A stretch of 64,000 nucleotides of DNA from an uncultured Gemmatimonadaceae bacterium (lineage in GTDB: Bacteria; Gemmatimonadota; Gemmatimonadetes; Gemmatimonadales; Gemmatimonadaceae): the NCBI GenBank assembly GCA_963740355.1, contig CAVUDW010000002.1, forward strand, positions 288,001 to 352,000, given 5' to 3'. Positions 50,324 through 61,736 of the stretch are shown here, piece after piece. How positions within the stretch are numbered: the first letter of the stretch is position 1; each line of letters opens with the position of its first letter. A program made the translations under genes and the position numbers. A model generated the notes under the pieces. It was not told the DNA's origin and made no database searches. It saw only the letters and a list, made by a program, of their open reading frames with translations.

Positions 50324-51199
50324 TCAGTTCCCCTCGAAGATGGGACGCTGCTTGGCGACGAAGGCGTGATAGGCGCGGCCGAAGTCTTCCGTCAACATGC
50401 AGAGGGCCTGGACCTGCGCCTCCGATGCAATCGCGTCGTCCACGCCCATGGCCCATTCCTGATGGAGCATCGACTTGGTCAGACCGTTCGCGAACGTCGG
50501 GCCATGCGCGATATCATGTGCGAGCGACATCGCCTCGGACATCAGAACGTCCGGCGTGCAGAGTCGATTGAAGAACCCCCACTGCAGTGCGTCGTCGCCG
50601 GCCAGTGATCGACCGGTGAACAGCAACTCGCTGGCGCGGCCCTGGCCGATAATGCGGGGCAGCATCGCACAGGCACCCATGTCGCAGCCGGCCAGGCCCA
50701 CGCGATTGAAGAGGAAGGCGGTCTTGCTGCGCGCCGTGCCGCATCGCAGGTCGGACGCCATGGCGAGAATCGCCCCCGCCCCCGCACAGACCCCGTCGAT
50801 GGCGGCGATGATCGGCTGCGGGCAATGCCGCATCGCCTTCACCAGGGCGCCCGTCATCTGCGTGAAGCGCAGAAGATCCGGCGCGCTCAGCCCCACCAAC
50901 GGCCCGATGATTTCGTGCACATCACCACCCGAGCTGAAGTTGCCGCCCTCGCCGGTGATCACGATGGCCTTCACATCCTCGGCGAAGCGCAGCCCTTCGA
51001 ACAGGTCGCGGAGTTCGGCGTACGATGCGAACGTGAGCGGGTTCTTTCGCTCCGGGCGGTTGAGCGTCACCACGCCAACGCGGTCCTGCACGGTCCATCC
51101 AAAGTGCTGCGCGCTGTAGCCCGCCAGTGGACGCGAGGTCCCGGCGAGGAGTGACGGGTCGACTGGAGTCGGTGTGACGCCGTTCGTTTGTTCGCTCAT
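50324..51199 (-). CDS. Enoyl-CoA hydratase/isomerase family protein
   Basis: [37 protein letters not shown]; start MSEQTN overlapping the MarR stop. Confidence 0.92.
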   Translation of the reverse strand: MSEQTNGVTPTPVDPSLLAGTSRPLAGYSAQHFGWTVQDRVGVVTLNRPERKNPLTFASYAELRDLFEGLRFAEDVKAIVITGEGGNFSSGGDVHEIIGPLVGLSAPDLLRFTQMTGALVKAMRHCPQPIIAAIDGVCAGAGAILAMASDLRCGTARSKTAFLFNRVGLAGCDMGACAMLPRIIGQGRASELLFTGRSLAGDDALQWGFFNRLCTPDVLMSEAMSLAHDIAHGPTFANGLTKSMLHQEWAMGVDDAIASEAQVQALCMLTEDFGRAYHAFVAKQRPIFEGN

Positions 51200-51759
51200 G
51201 CTGTCGCTCCCGACCGACGTGTTCGACGCACGGTCGCAGGGGGTGGTTCGGGTTGATCGGCCAGTTGCACCCGCAGCTTGCCGAGCAGCTCGTACATCTG
51301 GCGCTGCTCGGCGGCGCTCATGCCGCTGAACATCGTCACCAGCCACGACTCGTGCGTTGCGGCCAGCTTGTCGAACAGCTTGCGGCCCTTCCTCGTGAGC
51401 GACACGCGTGACGAGCGTCGATCGTGCGGCTCGACGATTCGCTCCACCAGCCCTTCCTTCTCGAGTTCATCCGCCAGCCCAGTCACATTGCCGCCAGTCA
51501 CCATCAGGTAGCGCGACAGCACGCTCATCGTGAGCCCATCCGGATGCCGATGGAGCTGCGCCATGAAGTCGAATCGCGCCAGGGTGATGCAGGCCTCCTG
51601 GCGCAGTCGCTTGCGAATGGTGGTCTCGACTTGAGTGCTGCACGAGAGCAGGCGCAACCAAAGCTTCAGCGACTGATGGTTCTCCGACACCACCCGTCCT
51701 TCGAGCCCAATCGACTCGTGGTCGAGAAGTGGCGACGCAGCGCGGCGGCTCGGGCTCAC
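51196..51759 (-). CDS. MarR family transcriptional regulator
   Basis: [42 protein letters not shown]. Confidence 0.92.
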   Translation of the reverse strand: MSPSRRAASPLLDHESIGLEGRVVSENHQSLKLWLRLLSCSTQVETTIRKRLRQEACITLARFDFMAQLHRHPDGLTMSVLSRYLMVTGGNVTGLADELEKEGLVERIVEPHDRRSSRVSLTRKGRKLFDKLAATHESWLVTMFSGMSAAEQRQMYELLGKLRVQLADQPEPPPATVRRTRRSGATA

Positions 51760-52535
51760 ATGACCTCCCCACCGCTGATTGACAGGGACTGGCCGGTGAC
51801 CGAGCCCGCAGCGTCACTGCACAGCCAGCGCACGGCAGCGGCCACCTCGTCCGGTTGGATCAGCCGTCCCTGCGGATTGGTCTTCGTCAGCTCGCTGCGC
51901 GCCGCTGCCTCGGTTCGTCCCGTTTTCGCCACGATGACGTCGAGGCTCTGCTGCAGCATCTCGGTTTCGGTAAAACCGGGACAGATCGCGTTCACCGTGA
52001 CGCTGGTCGATGCCAGCTCGAGCGCGAGGGATCGTGTCAGCCCGATCACGCCATGCTTGGCCGCAGAGTAGGCGGCGACGTAGGCGTAGCCGCGTTGTCC
52101 TGCGGTGCTGGCGATGTTCACGATCCGGCCTGCGCGCGCCATCAGGATGTCGGACAGCGCCTGCTGCGTGCAGAGGAACGTGCCCGTCAGGTTCACGGAC
52201 AGCATGCGATCCCAGAGTTCACGCGAGGTGCGGCGGAACGGCGCGCTGTCGGCCTGGCCCGCGTTGTTCACCAGGATCGCGATGTTACCGCGTGCCTGTC
52301 GCGCCGCAGCGAACGCGAGGGCGACGTCGTCAGCGTCCGACACATCGGCGGTCACCACGGTGACGTCGCCACCCAGCGTGGCGGCCAGACTCTCCAGCGG
52401 CGCACGTCGTCGGCCCAGCAGGGTGAGTGACGCCCCGTCGGCCGACAAGCCGCGCGCGATGGCTGCGCCAATGCCCTGGCCAGCACCGGTGATCAGCGCA
52501 TGCTGCCCTGCCAGTGGGCGAGGGGCCACGCTCAT
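51756..52535 (-). CDS. SDR oxidoreductase (3-hydroxyacyl-CoA dehydrogenase-like)
   Basis: [25 protein letters not shown]; start MSVAPRP overlapping the abmA stop. Confidence 0.92.
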   Translation of the reverse strand: MSVAPRPLAGQHALITGAGQGIGAAIARGLSADGASLTLLGRRRAPLESLAATLGGDVTVVTADVSDADDVALAFAAARQARGNIAILVNNAGQADSAPFRRTSRELWDRMLSVNLTGTFLCTQQALSDILMARAGRIVNIASTAGQRGYAYVAAYSAAKHGVIGLTRSLALELASTSVTVNAICPGFTETEMLQQSLDVIVAKTGRTEAAARSELTKTNPQGRLIQPDEVAAAVRWLCSDAAGSVTGQSLSISGGEVM

Positions 52536-54886
52536 GCGGGCTCCTTTGCAGTGCCGGCACCCGCCAGCGCTGCCTGTGCGGCCTTCTCCCGCGCAAAGAG
52601 CGACTCCATCTGAGGCTTCGCTGTGCGGTACTGCTTCGGCCACGTGAGCCCGGTGTAGCCGATGCGCGCGGCTTCCGTCAGCGTCCAGGCGGGATTCGCG
52701 AGGTGCGGACGCGCAACAGCGCACAGGTCGGCACGACCCGCCGCGATGATGCTGTTCACATGGTCGGCTTCCGAAATCGCACCGACGGCGATGGTCGCAA
52801 TGCCACCTTCGTTCCGGATCCGATCAGAGAAGGGCGTCTGGAACATCCGACCGTACACCGGCTTCTCCTTCTTGCTCACCTGACCCGATGAGCAATCGAT
52901 CATGTCGGCACCTGCTGCCTTGAACGCACGTGCAATCATGATGGCTTCATCGGGCGTGATTCCGCCGGGCACCCAATCATGCGCTGAAATGCGGACCGAC
53001 ATCGGCAGGTGCGTCGGCCAGACTGCGCGCATGGCCGCAAACACCTCGAGCGGATATCGAAGTCGATTCTCCAGCGAGCCACCGTATTCGTCGTCGCGCT
53101 GGTTGGTGAGCGGCGAGATGAACGACGACAGCAGATACCCATGTGCGCAGTGCAGCTCGAGCCAGTCCACGCCGGCATCGGCCGCCCATCGCGTACTCTG
53201 GACGAACTGCGCCGTCACCAGGTCCATCTCTTCGCGCGTCATGGCGTGAGACACCTGGCTTACGTCGGCCAGATACTGCTGCGGTGACGCCGACATCACC
53301 GGCCAATTGCCCGACTCCAGTGGCCGATCGATCCCCTCCCACGCGAGGCGTGTCGACCCCTTGGCACCGGAGTGCCCAAGCTGCAGCGCGAACTTCGCGT
53401 CGCTGTTGACATGAATCCAGTTCGCAATGCGAGCCCAGGCATCGCGCTGCCCTTCCGTCCAGAGTCCGGGACACCCGGGCGTGATGCGCCCTTCCGGACT
53501 GACACAGGTCATCTCGGCGAACACCAGGCCAGCGCCGCCCATCGCGCGTGCACCGAGATGCACCAGGTGGTAGTCGCCCGCAATGCCATCAACCGCCGAG
53601 TACTGCGCCATCGGCGACACGACGACGCGATTCTTCAGCGTCACGCTGCGCACGGTGTACGGCGTGAACATCGGCGGTGGTGCCGGCGTCCCTTCGGCGA
53701 GGGGCAACCCTGCGCGCTCGGCAAACCATCGCTCGAACCCGTCCAGCCAGTGCTTGTCGCGCAGGCGAAGATTTTCATGCGAGATGCGCTGCGACCGCGT
53801 CAGCAGCGAATACATGAACTGCTCCGGCGGCAGCGAGTCGGCGTATCGTTCGCCCACGTTCTCGAACCACTCCATCGCATTCCAGGCGGCGTTCTGGAGC
53901 CGCAGCACATCGATCGCGCGCACTTTCTGGTACTCCGCCAGCACCGCCGGAATCGACGAGCGCGTTTGGCCTAGTACACCGAACTGCCGCGCCAGCTCGA
54001 TCGCGTCCTCGATAGCCAGCTTCGTGCCGGAGCCAATGGCGAAATGTGCGGTGTGCACCGCGTCGCCCATCAGCACCACGTGGCTACGACCGTTGAAGTG
54101 TGACCACTCGGCACACCGCACACGCTGGAAGTTGAGCCATGCCGAACCACGCAAGTGCCGCGCGTTGGTCATCAGCGTGTGGCCCTCGAGTGTGCGCGCG
54201 AAGAGTCGCTCGCAGAAGGCCACCGACTGATCGGCGTCTGCCGTGTCGAGGCCATGCGCCTTCCAGACATGCTCTGGCGTCTCGACGATGAAGGTGCTGG
54301 TCTCGTCGTCGAACTTGTAGATGTGCGCCTGGAACCAGCCGTGCTCTGTCTTCTCGAAGGTGAAGTTGAAGGCGTCCCACAGTCGTTTGGTGCCGAGCCA
54401 GATGTAGCGATTGGGCCGGGTGACGATGTCGGGCTGGAAGACCGCCTCGTATTTCGTGCGGATCTTCGAGTTGATGCCGTCCGATGCGATGATCAGGTCG
54501 GCGTCAGGAAAATCCTCATCCGAGTTCACGTCCTGCTCGAATCGCAGCGCGACGCCCAGCTCTTCGCACCGTGCCTGCAGGATGTTGAGCAGTCGTTTGC
54601 GGCCGATGCCGATGAAACCGTGGCCACCACTGCGGATGGTGCGGCCCTTGAAATCGAGCTCGATATCGTCCCAATGCACGAACGACGATTCGATGGCGTT
54701 GGCCGTCGGCACATCGCAGCGCCGCATGTTCTCGAGAGTCTGGTCTGAGAAGACCACGCCCCAGCCGAAGGTGTCGTACGGCTTGTTGCGCTCCACCACG
54801 GTGATGTCGTGTGTGGGATCGAGCTTCTTCATCAACAGGGCGAAGTAGAGCCCTGCCGGCCCGCCACCGACACACACGATCTTCAT
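52532..54886 (-). CDS. abmA: Bifunctional anthraniloyl-CoA / salicylyl-CoA monooxygenase-reductase
   Basis: FAD monooxygenase part ([35 protein letters not shown]) fused to an OYE-type NADH:flavin oxidoreductase ([18 protein letters not shown]). Confidence 0.92.
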   Translation of the reverse strand: MKIVCVGGGPAGLYFALLMKKLDPTHDITVVERNKPYDTFGWGVVFSDQTLENMRRCDVPTANAIESSFVHWDDIELDFKGRTIRSGGHGFIGIGRKRLLNILQARCEELGVALRFEQDVNSDEDFPDADLIIASDGINSKIRTKYEAVFQPDIVTRPNRYIWLGTKRLWDAFNFTFEKTEHGWFQAHIYKFDDETSTFIVETPEHVWKAHGLDTADADQSVAFCERLFARTLEGHTLMTNARHLRGSAWLNFQRVRCAEWSHFNGRSHVVLMGDAVHTAHFAIGSGTKLAIEDAIELARQFGVLGQTRSSIPAVLAEYQKVRAIDVLRLQNAAWNAMEWFENVGERYADSLPPEQFMYSLLTRSQRISHENLRLRDKHWLDGFERWFAERAGLPLAEGTPAPPPMFTPYTVRSVTLKNRVVVSPMAQYSAVDGIAGDYHLVHLGARAMGGAGLVFAEMTCVSPEGRITPGCPGLWTEGQRDAWARIANWIHVNSDAKFALQLGHSGAKGSTRLAWEGIDRPLESGNWPVMSASPQQYLADVSQVSHAMTREEMDLVTAQFVQSTRWAADAGVDWLELHCAHGYLLSSFISPLTNQRDDEYGGSLENRLRYPLEVFAAMRAVWPTHLPMSVRISAHDWVPGGITPDEAIMIARAFKAAGADMIDCSSGQVSKKEKPVYGRMFQTPFSDRIRNEGGIATIAVGAISEADHVNSIIAAGRADLCAVARPHLANPAWTLTEAARIGYTGLTWPKQYRTAKPQMESLFAREKAAQAALAGAGTAKEPA

Positions 54887-54912
54887 CCGGTCTCCCCTGG
54901 AGGTGCGAGGGG

Positions 54913-54941
54913 AGACTGGGCGTCGATCCTTTAGTTGTCAA
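54913..54941 (-). promoter_or_regulatory. Putative sigma70 promoter of the abm operon
   Basis: TTGACA (54941-54936), 17 bp, CAGTCT (54918-54913), 26 nt before the ATG. Confidence 0.5.
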
Positions 54942-54974
54942 GTGTCGTGGTGGGCCGCTGGTCGTGCCGAGGGA

Positions 54975-55802
54975 TCAACCCTTGGCGAAGGCGATCATTT
55001 CCGCGCTCACCTGTGGTCCGTGGGTGGCGGTCATGCCGTGGGGCGCGCCATCCAGCACCACCAGCGTGCTGCCGGGAATCGTCGACGCGGTCAACTTGCC
55101 CGAAATCTCGAACGGGACGATCCGATCTGCGGAGCCGTGGAGCACCAGCGTGGGGATGGTGATCTTGGCCAGGTCGCCGCGGAAATCCGTGGTGCCGAAG
55201 GCACGGATGCATTCATACGTGCCGACGGGCGACGCGGCGTAGGCGATCCACTTCGCGAACTCGATCGCGTCGGTCGGAAAGTCCGCCGCGCTCACCTCGA
55301 AATTGAAGAAGTTCGGGAAGAAATTCGCGAGGAACGCCACCCGATCGGCTCGCACGCCGGCCATCATGCCATCGAATAGCGCCTGATCGGCGCCGGTCGG
55401 GTTGTCGGGCGTCTTGAGCAGGAATGGCGGCACCGCGCTGATGAACATCGCCTTGGCGATCCGGTCGCTGCCATGTGTACCGAGGTACCGAGCGACCTCA
55501 CCGCCACCCATCGAGAAGCCGGCGAGGATCACATCCTTCAGGTCGAGCGTCGTGATCAGGTCCTTCAGGTCGTTCGCGAAGGTGTCGTAGTCGTAGCCAG
55601 ACGCTGGCCGCTCTGATTCACCGAAGCCGCGACGATCGTAGGCGATCACGCGAAACCCGGCGTCCACCAGCGCGGCAATCTGGCCTTCCCACATCCGATG
55701 GCTGAGTGGCCATCCATGAATGAGCACCACCGGCTGACCGCTGCCGTGGTCTTCGAAATACAGCTGGACTGGTGGCTTGGAATGTGTCGTGACGTGCGGC
55801 AT
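54975..55802 (-). CDS. Alpha/beta hydrolase, non-heme haloperoxidase/arylesterase family
   Basis: PVVLIHGWPLS, YDRRGFG, GFSMGGGE, HGSADRIVP, GAPHG. Confidence 0.92.
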   Translation of the reverse strand: MPHVTTHSKPPVQLYFEDHGSGQPVVLIHGWPLSHRMWEGQIAALVDAGFRVIAYDRRGFGESERPASGYDYDTFANDLKDLITTLDLKDVILAGFSMGGGEVARYLGTHGSDRIAKAMFISAVPPFLLKTPDNPTGADQALFDGMMAGVRADRVAFLANFFPNFFNFEVSAADFPTDAIEFAKWIAYAASPVGTYECIRAFGTTDFRGDLAKITIPTLVLHGSADRIVPFEISGKLTASTIPGSTLVVLDGAPHGMTATHGPQVSAEMIAFAKG

Positions 55803-55918
55803 TGCTCACCTCGTTGCGCGTTGAATCCGAAAAGCAATCGTCTGGATTCAAGTGTACTGATCGCGCGTCACCGAGCGCACTGAACCGCGCTGGTACATCG
55901 GGAACGATCCCGTCACGA

Positions 55919-56719
55919 TCAGGACGCGCGCACCACCTCGCGAACGGTGCCAGCGAGCCACGACGGGCCGGCATCGCTGATGACGAGGTCGATCTCGCGC
56001 AGGTCGGCCACCGCGTACGGCGCGACCATGTCGTGTTTCGTCGCATCGGCGAGTACTGCACATGACGCGGCCGACTCGATCATGGCGCGCTTGACATGTG
56101 CATCGCCGGCAATCGACGTGGTGAGCCCGGCGCGTTGATGCAGCGCACAGGCGCCGAGGAAGGCCCAGTCGGCACGATGCGCGCGAATGGTGGCCTGCGC
56201 CTGATCACCATAGAACTCGCGGGTCTCGTGCGACCAGGTGCCACCGGCCAGCACCAGCTGCACGGTGGGGTCGTTCGCGAACAGCGCCGCCACGTCGAAT
56301 GCGGCGGTGATGATCGTCAGCGGACGTGGTGCATCGGGTGACGCGAGAATCTGCGCCAGTGCGAGCGTCGTGCTGCCACCATCGATGAAGAGCGCCTGGT
56401 GTGCATGCACGCGCTCGGCCGCCGAGCGCGCGATGGCGCGTTTCGAGCTGGCGCGCACATCGACGCGTTGCGCCATCGGCAGGGCGGTTGTGTAAAGAGC
56501 GACTGCACCGCCGTGGGTCTTCTGTACCAGTCCGCGCGAGGCCAGCAGACGGAGGTCCCGTCGGATGGTATCCTCCGATAGCCCGTACTCTGCGGCCAGC
56601 GCCGATACCTCTACCCGGCCCTGCTCGCGGAGGGTGGCCGCGATCCGGGCCTGACGCTCCTGCGCAAAGCGCGGGCTGTCGTCGGAGGTCGGTGTTCCGG
56701 GAGTCTTGGGATGAGCCAT
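55919..56719 (-). CDS. DeoR/GlpR family transcriptional regulator
   Basis: ERQ..I, SEDTIRRDL, KTHGGA, IDGGSTT, LADATK; start MAHPK. Confidence 0.92.
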   Translation of the reverse strand: MAHPKTPGTPTSDDSPRFAQERQARIAATLREQGRVEVSALAAEYGLSEDTIRRDLRLLASRGLVQKTHGGAVALYTTALPMAQRVDVRASSKRAIARSAAERVHAHQALFIDGGSTTLALAQILASPDAPRPLTIITAAFDVAALFANDPTVQLVLAGGTWSHETREFYGDQAQATIRAHRADWAFLGACALHQRAGLTTSIAGDAHVKRAMIESAASCAVLADATKHDMVAPYAVADLREIDLVISDAGPSWLAGTVREVVRAS

Positions 56720-56754
56720 GAGATGAAAGTTACTCAATTTTGTGTCCGTACACT

Positions 56755-56788
56755 TGCACGAACGTGCACGTTCGTGCATCTTCGTGCA
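56755..56788. promoter_or_regulatory. Probable DeoR operator: 24-bp perfect palindrome within 10-bp-period TGCA repeats
   Basis: TGCACGAACGTGCACGTTCGTGCA (56755-56778); TGCA at 56755, 56765, 56775, 56785, between the divergent DeoR and MFS genes. Confidence 0.65.
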
Positions 56789-56820
56789 GTGACCAGATAC
56801 ACCCCTCTTGCCGAGAGGCG

Positions 56821-58062
56821 ATGATGCCCCCCGACTCGACCGCATTCGCTGGCCGTCGACCACGCTCCGTGCTGTCCCGGGCGCGCTGGGCGACCCGTGC
56901 CCAGTTCCTCAACCTCGGCTTCGTCGCCGGTGTCTGGGGTGTGCACGTACCGTCCATCAAGGGGCAGTACGCCCTCGATGAACGCTCCCTGGCTGGTGCG
57001 CTGCTGGCGACCAGCGTCGGTTCGTTGTTGACGCTTACGATCGCGGGCCGGACGGTGGGTCGGTTGGGCGCCCGCAACACCTCTGTCCTTGCTGGCTGGG
57101 GCTTCTGCCTCGCGCTCGGCCTGTCGCTCGTGCTTCCGGGCTATTGGGCCCTCGTGCCGGCAATGATGCTCCTGGGCGCCAGCGAAAGCGTCTTCGACGT
57201 GGCGATCAATGCGGAAGGCACCACGCTCGAGACCCTCAGCGGGCGTGCGGTCATGAGCGGCTTTCACGGCATGTTCAGCCTTGGCGCCATGGCCGGCGCG
57301 GCGTCGGCCGCGCTGATGTTGCGCGCCTCGGTGCCGGCCTGGACGCAACTGATTGCCGTCGGCACGGTGGTGGCGGTCTCGATTGTCGTGTCTTCGCGCG
57401 GAATGCTCGAGTCACACCCCGCTCCCGAGTCGTCACAGGCGCACTTCACCTGGCCGAAGGGCACGCTGCTGCTGGTCGGCATGCTGATCTGCTTCGGCAT
57501 GTTGGCCGAAGGGGTGATGTACAACTGGAGCGTGTTGTACGTGAACCAGGAACTGCACGCGCCGCAGGACCTCGCCGCCATCGCGTACGTGTCCTTTGCC
57601 GGTGCCACGGCCGCGATGCGTTTCGCCGGTGATTCCGTGCGCGCCCGCGTCTCCGAACGCACGATGCTGGTGGCAGGACCGACGGTATCGGCGATCGCCA
57701 TGCTGCTCGTGTTGCTCGTTGGCCGGCCCTGGTTTGCGATGGTCGGTTTTGCGGTGGTTGGAATCGGACTCGCGACGGTGGTGCCGATTCTCTACAACGC
57801 CGCGACGCGCGTGCCGGGCGTGAGTCGGGCCGCCGCCATCGCGTCGGTGTCGTCCATCGGCTACGTCGGTTTCATGATCGGTCCGCCGATCATCGGTGGC
57901 ATCGCACACGCCACCACGCTCACGATTGCGATGGGCACACTGATCGTGGCCGCCGTGATCCTGATCATCGGTGCACGTCGAGTACCCGATGCAGCACCAG
58001 CCACGTCGCGTGCTGTGCCGAAGACCAGCGGGACCCTCGCCCCGCATCACGCTGGGAACTGA
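56821..58062 (+). CDS. MFS transporter (YbjJ-like)
   Basis: ~12 TM segments; DVAINA, MSGFHGMFSLG, AEG..YNWS..Y, GYVGFMIGPPIIG. Confidence 0.9.
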   Translation: MMPPDSTAFAGRRPRSVLSRARWATRAQFLNLGFVAGVWGVHVPSIKGQYALDERSLAGALLATSVGSLLTLTIAGRTVGRLGARNTSVLAGWGFCLALGLSLVLPGYWALVPAMMLLGASESVFDVAINAEGTTLETLSGRAVMSGFHGMFSLGAMAGAASAALMLRASVPAWTQLIAVGTVVAVSIVVSSRGMLESHPAPESSQAHFTWPKGTLLLVGMLICFGMLAEGVMYNWSVLYVNQELHAPQDLAAIAYVSFAGATAAMRFAGDSVRARVSERTMLVAGPTVSAIAMLLVLLVGRPWFAMVGFAVVGIGLATVVPILYNAATRVPGVSRAAAIASVSSIGYVGFMIGPPIIGGIAHATTLTIAMGTLIVAAVILIIGARRVPDAAPATSRAVPKTSGTLAPHHAGN

Positions 58063-58198
58063 TTCTCACTGCGCATCGTCGTTCAGCCAAAATTCATGTA
58101 GCGCGGCGGATCCACCGATCTGTCGCGCTACTGTCGTTCGGGGCTATTCCGACCGATGCAGTCTTCGGTGACATTCGGCGCTTCAAAAAGCAATGAGG

Positions 58199-58344
58199 GG
58201 GAGGCCACGGAGCTCACGGAGTGCGACCTTCGCCGCCAGCGGTGCAGCGCGGGCTTTGCGGGAAACACTCCTAGGACAAAGATGCTACCGGCGCGTTGCG
58301 CGACCTTTCGATCACGGCGCACTCCGTGAGCTCCGTGGCCTCCC
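58199..58344. repeat. REPIN-like paired inverted repeat (27-bp perfect arms, 92-bp spacer)
   Basis: GGGAGGCCACGGAGCTCACGGAGTGCG at 58199-58225 and its reverse complement at 58318-58344; same family as the 24.6-24.9 kb repeats. Confidence 0.92.
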
Positions 58345-58467
58345 GCTCACATGCAGTTTCCCTCGGCCAGCACTGACGCTTCGGTTTTTCGCGTTGCCGC
58401 GTGCATGTTAAACAGCGTCTCTCCCCGCCTGACCGTAGTCTCCCTGTCTCCAACTGGACCGGTCCAC

Positions 58468-61400
58468 GTGCGTCAGTCCCTGTTCCGTCGCGCCCTGCTT
58501 GTCTTGGCCTGTGGTGCGACGTTGCCGTCTTTCCTTGCTGCGCAGCAGCCAGACATCTCCTCATCAATGCACTGGCGTCACATCGGCCCGGTGCGCGGTG
58601 GTCGGGCCCGCGCCATCGCTGGCGTGCCGAGCCAACCCAACGTGTTCTACGCCGGCTTCGACAACGGCGGTGTCTGGCGGTCCACGGACTACGGCTCGAA
58701 CTGGGTGCCGCTGTTCGACAAGGAAGGCACGGGCTCGATCGGCGCAATCGCGGTGGCACCGTCCAACCCGAACGTGATCTACGTGGGTACCGGCGCGGGC
58801 ATCATTCGCCCCGACCTGGCGGTTGGTGACGGCATGTACAAGTCCACCGACGGTGGCGCGACGTGGGAGCATCTGGGGCTCCGTAACAGCCAGATGATCG
58901 CCATGATCGACGTCGATCCGAACAACCCCGATCGGCTCTTCGTGGCGGTGCTCGGCCATCCATATGGTCCGAATCCGGAACGCGGCATCTTCCGTTCACT
59001 CGACGGCGGCAAGTCCTTCGAGCGTGTGTTGTATCGCGATGAGTACACCAGCGCGAACGACGTGCGCATCGACGCGAAGAATCCGAACATTCTCTATGCC
59101 ACGCTCTGGCAGCAGCAGCAGAGCTTCATCGAAGGGCAGGGCTTCACGGGTCCGGGCGGCTTCTTCAAGTCGACCGATGGCGGCACGACCTGGCGCCAGA
59201 TCACGGAAGGTTTGCCGGTACTGAACCAGGCCAACCTCGCGCTGTCGGCGAGCAACCCGAACGTGTTGTACGCCACGGTCGCCAACATCGCGACGGCGAC
59301 GGTGCCGAGCACGGTGTCGTTCTACAAGTCGGCGGATGCGGGTGAGCATTGGTCGCTGGCGGTCGCGATGCCGGGCATGCCGAGCCAGGCCGGACGTATC
59401 ACCGACAGCCGTCCGATGGGCCGTATCGGTGGCGGTGACCTGCCCACGCTATACGTCGATCCGAAGGACGAGAACGTGGTCTACAGTGCGTCGACGGTGA
59501 TGTGGCGCACCGAGGATGCGGGGTATTCATGGAGCGCGGTCCGTGGTGCTCCGGGTGGTGATGACTACCAGAAGATCTGGATCAACCCGATCGATCCCAA
59601 GATCGTCTTCGCCGTCAGCGACCAGGGCGCCGTCGTCTCCGCCAATCGTGGGCTGTCGTGGAGCAACTGGTACACGCAGCCGACGGCCGCCATGTATCAC
59701 GTCACCACCGACAATGCCTTCCCGTATCGCGTGTGCAGCGGCCAGCAGGACTCTGGGTCAGCGTGCGTCGCGAGTCGTTCCGACGATGGCCAGATCACGT
59801 TCCATGACTGGCATCCGGTGAACATCCAGGAGTACGGGATTGCGGCGCCTGATCCGCGCGATCCCGACATGGTGTACGGCAGCATGCGGAGCGGTGTGTC
59901 GCTCTACAACCGCAAGACCGCGCAGACGACGTATGTCGGCCCGGACATGGAAGGCTTTGCGCGCAACGTGCGCACGATGCCGTTGCACTTCTCACCGGCC
60001 AAGCCCGACGTGTTGTTCTACGCCTCGAACGCCGTCTGGAAGACGCTCGATCGTGGCAAGAACTGGACGCGCATCAGCCCGGACCTCACGCGCCAGACGT
60101 GGGCCGTGCCTGCCACGGCGGGGCAGTATGCGAGCAGCGTGAAGGTGGCGCCGGCGGGATCGATTACGGCACTGGCCCTGTCGCCGAAGGATGTGAACGT
60201 GATTTGGTCCGGCAGTGACGATGGGTCGCTGCAGGTGACGATGAACGGCGGTGCCAGCTGGTCGAATGTGACGCCGCCGGAGGTCAAGCCGTGGGCGCGC
60301 ATCTACAATCTCGAGGCGGGGCAGTTCGACACGAAGACTGCGTATGCGGCGGTGAACACGCTGCGTCTCGACGACCTCAACCCACACTTCTTCCGCACCC
60401 ATGATGGCGGCAAGACGTGGACCGAGATCAACACCGGCATCGCCGCCGGTGCAGCGGCCAACTCGATTCGCGAAGATCCTCGCCGCAAGGGCCTGCTTTA
60501 CGCGGCCACCGATCTTCAGGTCTGGGTCAGCTACGACGATGGCGATCACTGGGAATCGCTGCGGCTGGACATGCCGGCGATCTCGGTGCGCGACCTGCAG
60601 GTCAAGGACGACAGCACCTGCATGTGCTCCGACCTGGTGATCGGCACACATGGTCGTGGTTTCTGGATTCTCGACAACATCACGACGTTGCGGCAGGTCG
60701 CCGAGGCGCGCGCGGCAACCGCGGCATATCTGTTCAAGCCGCCGACAGCCGTGCGGGTTCGCTTCGCAACAAACGATCCGACACCGTGGGCACCGGAAGT
60801 GCCGGCGGGTGAAAACCCGCTCCCTGGTGGCATCATCGACTACCGACTCGGGGCCGATGCGTCGGGGCCGGTGACGATGGAAATCCTCGACGCGGCCAGT
60901 CGAGTCGTTCGCCGCTATACGAGCAATGAGCCGGTCCTCGATCCCCATCCGGCGTTCGACATGGCCGCCTACAATCGCGTCTGCCAGAAGACACCGACGG
61001 CAACCTTCTGCGGCCTGCCACTGTACTGGCCTGCGAAGCCGATCCAGCTGTCGACGAAAGCTGGCATGCACCGATTCGCATGGGACCTGCACTACGACCC
61101 GATCCCGCCCGAGGACATCACCGACAATGGTGATGACGATGCGACTGGTGCCGTGCCGCACCGCACATACCCAGTGGTGAATGCACCATGGGCACCACCG
61201 GGACAGTACACGGTGCGACTGACGGTGAACGGCACGAAGTACACCCAGCCGCTCACGCTCAAGCTCGATCCGCGTGTGCGCACCTCTGCGGTCGCCATGA
61301 CGCAGGTGGCCACACTCTCCCGTGAGATGTGGGCCGGCTCGATCGCTGCGTATAACGCCAATCGCACCGCTCGGGCGCTCTCGGCGGCATTGGGCAGTGG

Positions 61401-61734
61401 CGCCGATGTCGCGGCATTCAAGGCGCAGCTCGATTCCATCGCGCCGGAAGTGCCGCGTGCGCGCGCTCGTTTCCGTCGTCGCGGGCCAGCTGGTCCCACG
61501 CCGACGCTCTCGGCGGCGAGCAATGGCATGATGGCCGCCGCGATGGCGATGCAGACGGCCGATGTGGCGCCGACCGCGACGCAGGTCGCCGCCTGCACCG
61601 CAGCACGGGCTCAGGGTGCGGCGGCGATGGCAAAGTGGAATACGCTTCGTACGACCGGTCTCGCGGCGCTGAATGCGTCACGTCGCGCCGCAGGCCAGAC
61701 GCCAATCACCATTCCTGAACTGCCGAGCAACTGA
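58468..61734 (+). CDS. VPS10/sortilin-like BNR-repeat glycosyl hydrolase family protein
   Basis: WRHIGP.RGGR, multiple Asp boxes (STDYGSNW, STDGGATW, THDGGKTW), GGDDY..IWINP, GTHGRGFWILD; start reassigned to GTG 58468. Confidence 0.88.
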   Translation: MRQSLFRRALLVLACGATLPSFLAAQQPDISSSMHWRHIGPVRGGRARAIAGVPSQPNVFYAGFDNGGVWRSTDYGSNWVPLFDKEGTGSIGAIAVAPSNPNVIYVGTGAGIIRPDLAVGDGMYKSTDGGATWEHLGLRNSQMIAMIDVDPNNPDRLFVAVLGHPYGPNPERGIFRSLDGGKSFERVLYRDEYTSANDVRIDAKNPNILYATLWQQQQSFIEGQGFTGPGGFFKSTDGGTTWRQITEGLPVLNQANLALSASNPNVLYATVANIATATVPSTVSFYKSADAGEHWSLAVAMPGMPSQAGRITDSRPMGRIGGGDLPTLYVDPKDENVVYSASTVMWRTEDAGYSWSAVRGAPGGDDYQKIWINPIDPKIVFAVSDQGAVVSANRGLSWSNWYTQPTAAMYHVTTDNAFPYRVCSGQQDSGSACVASRSDDGQITFHDWHPVNIQEYGIAAPDPRDPDMVYGSMRSGVSLYNRKTAQTTYVGPDMEGFARNVRTMPLHFSPAKPDVLFYASNAVWKTLDRGKNWTRISPDLTRQTWAVPATAGQYASSVKVAPAGSITALALSPKDVNVIWSGSDDGSLQVTMNGGASWSNVTPPEVKPWARIYNLEAGQFDTKTAYAAVNTLRLDDLNPHFFRTHDGGKTWTEINTGIAAGAAANSIREDPRRKGLLYAATDLQVWVSYDDGDHWESLRLDMPAISVRDLQVKDDSTCMCSDLVIGTHGRGFWILDNITTLRQVAEARAATAAYLFKPPTAVRVRFATNDPTPWAPEVPAGENPLPGGIIDYRLGADASGPVTMEILDAASRVVRRYTSNEPVLDPHPAFDMAAYNRVCQKTPTATFCGLPLYWPAKPIQLSTKAGMHRFAWDLHYDPIPPEDITDNGDDDATGAVPHRTYPVVNAPWAPPGQYTVRLTVNGTKYTQPLTLKLDPRVRTSAVAMTQVATLSREMWAGSIAAYNANRTARALSAALGSGADVAAFKAQLDSIAPEVPRARARFRRRGPAGPTPTLSAASNGMMAAAMAMQTADVAPTATQVAACTAARAQGAAAMAKWNTLRTTGLAALNASRRAAGQTPITIPELPSN

Positions 61735-61736
61735 GA

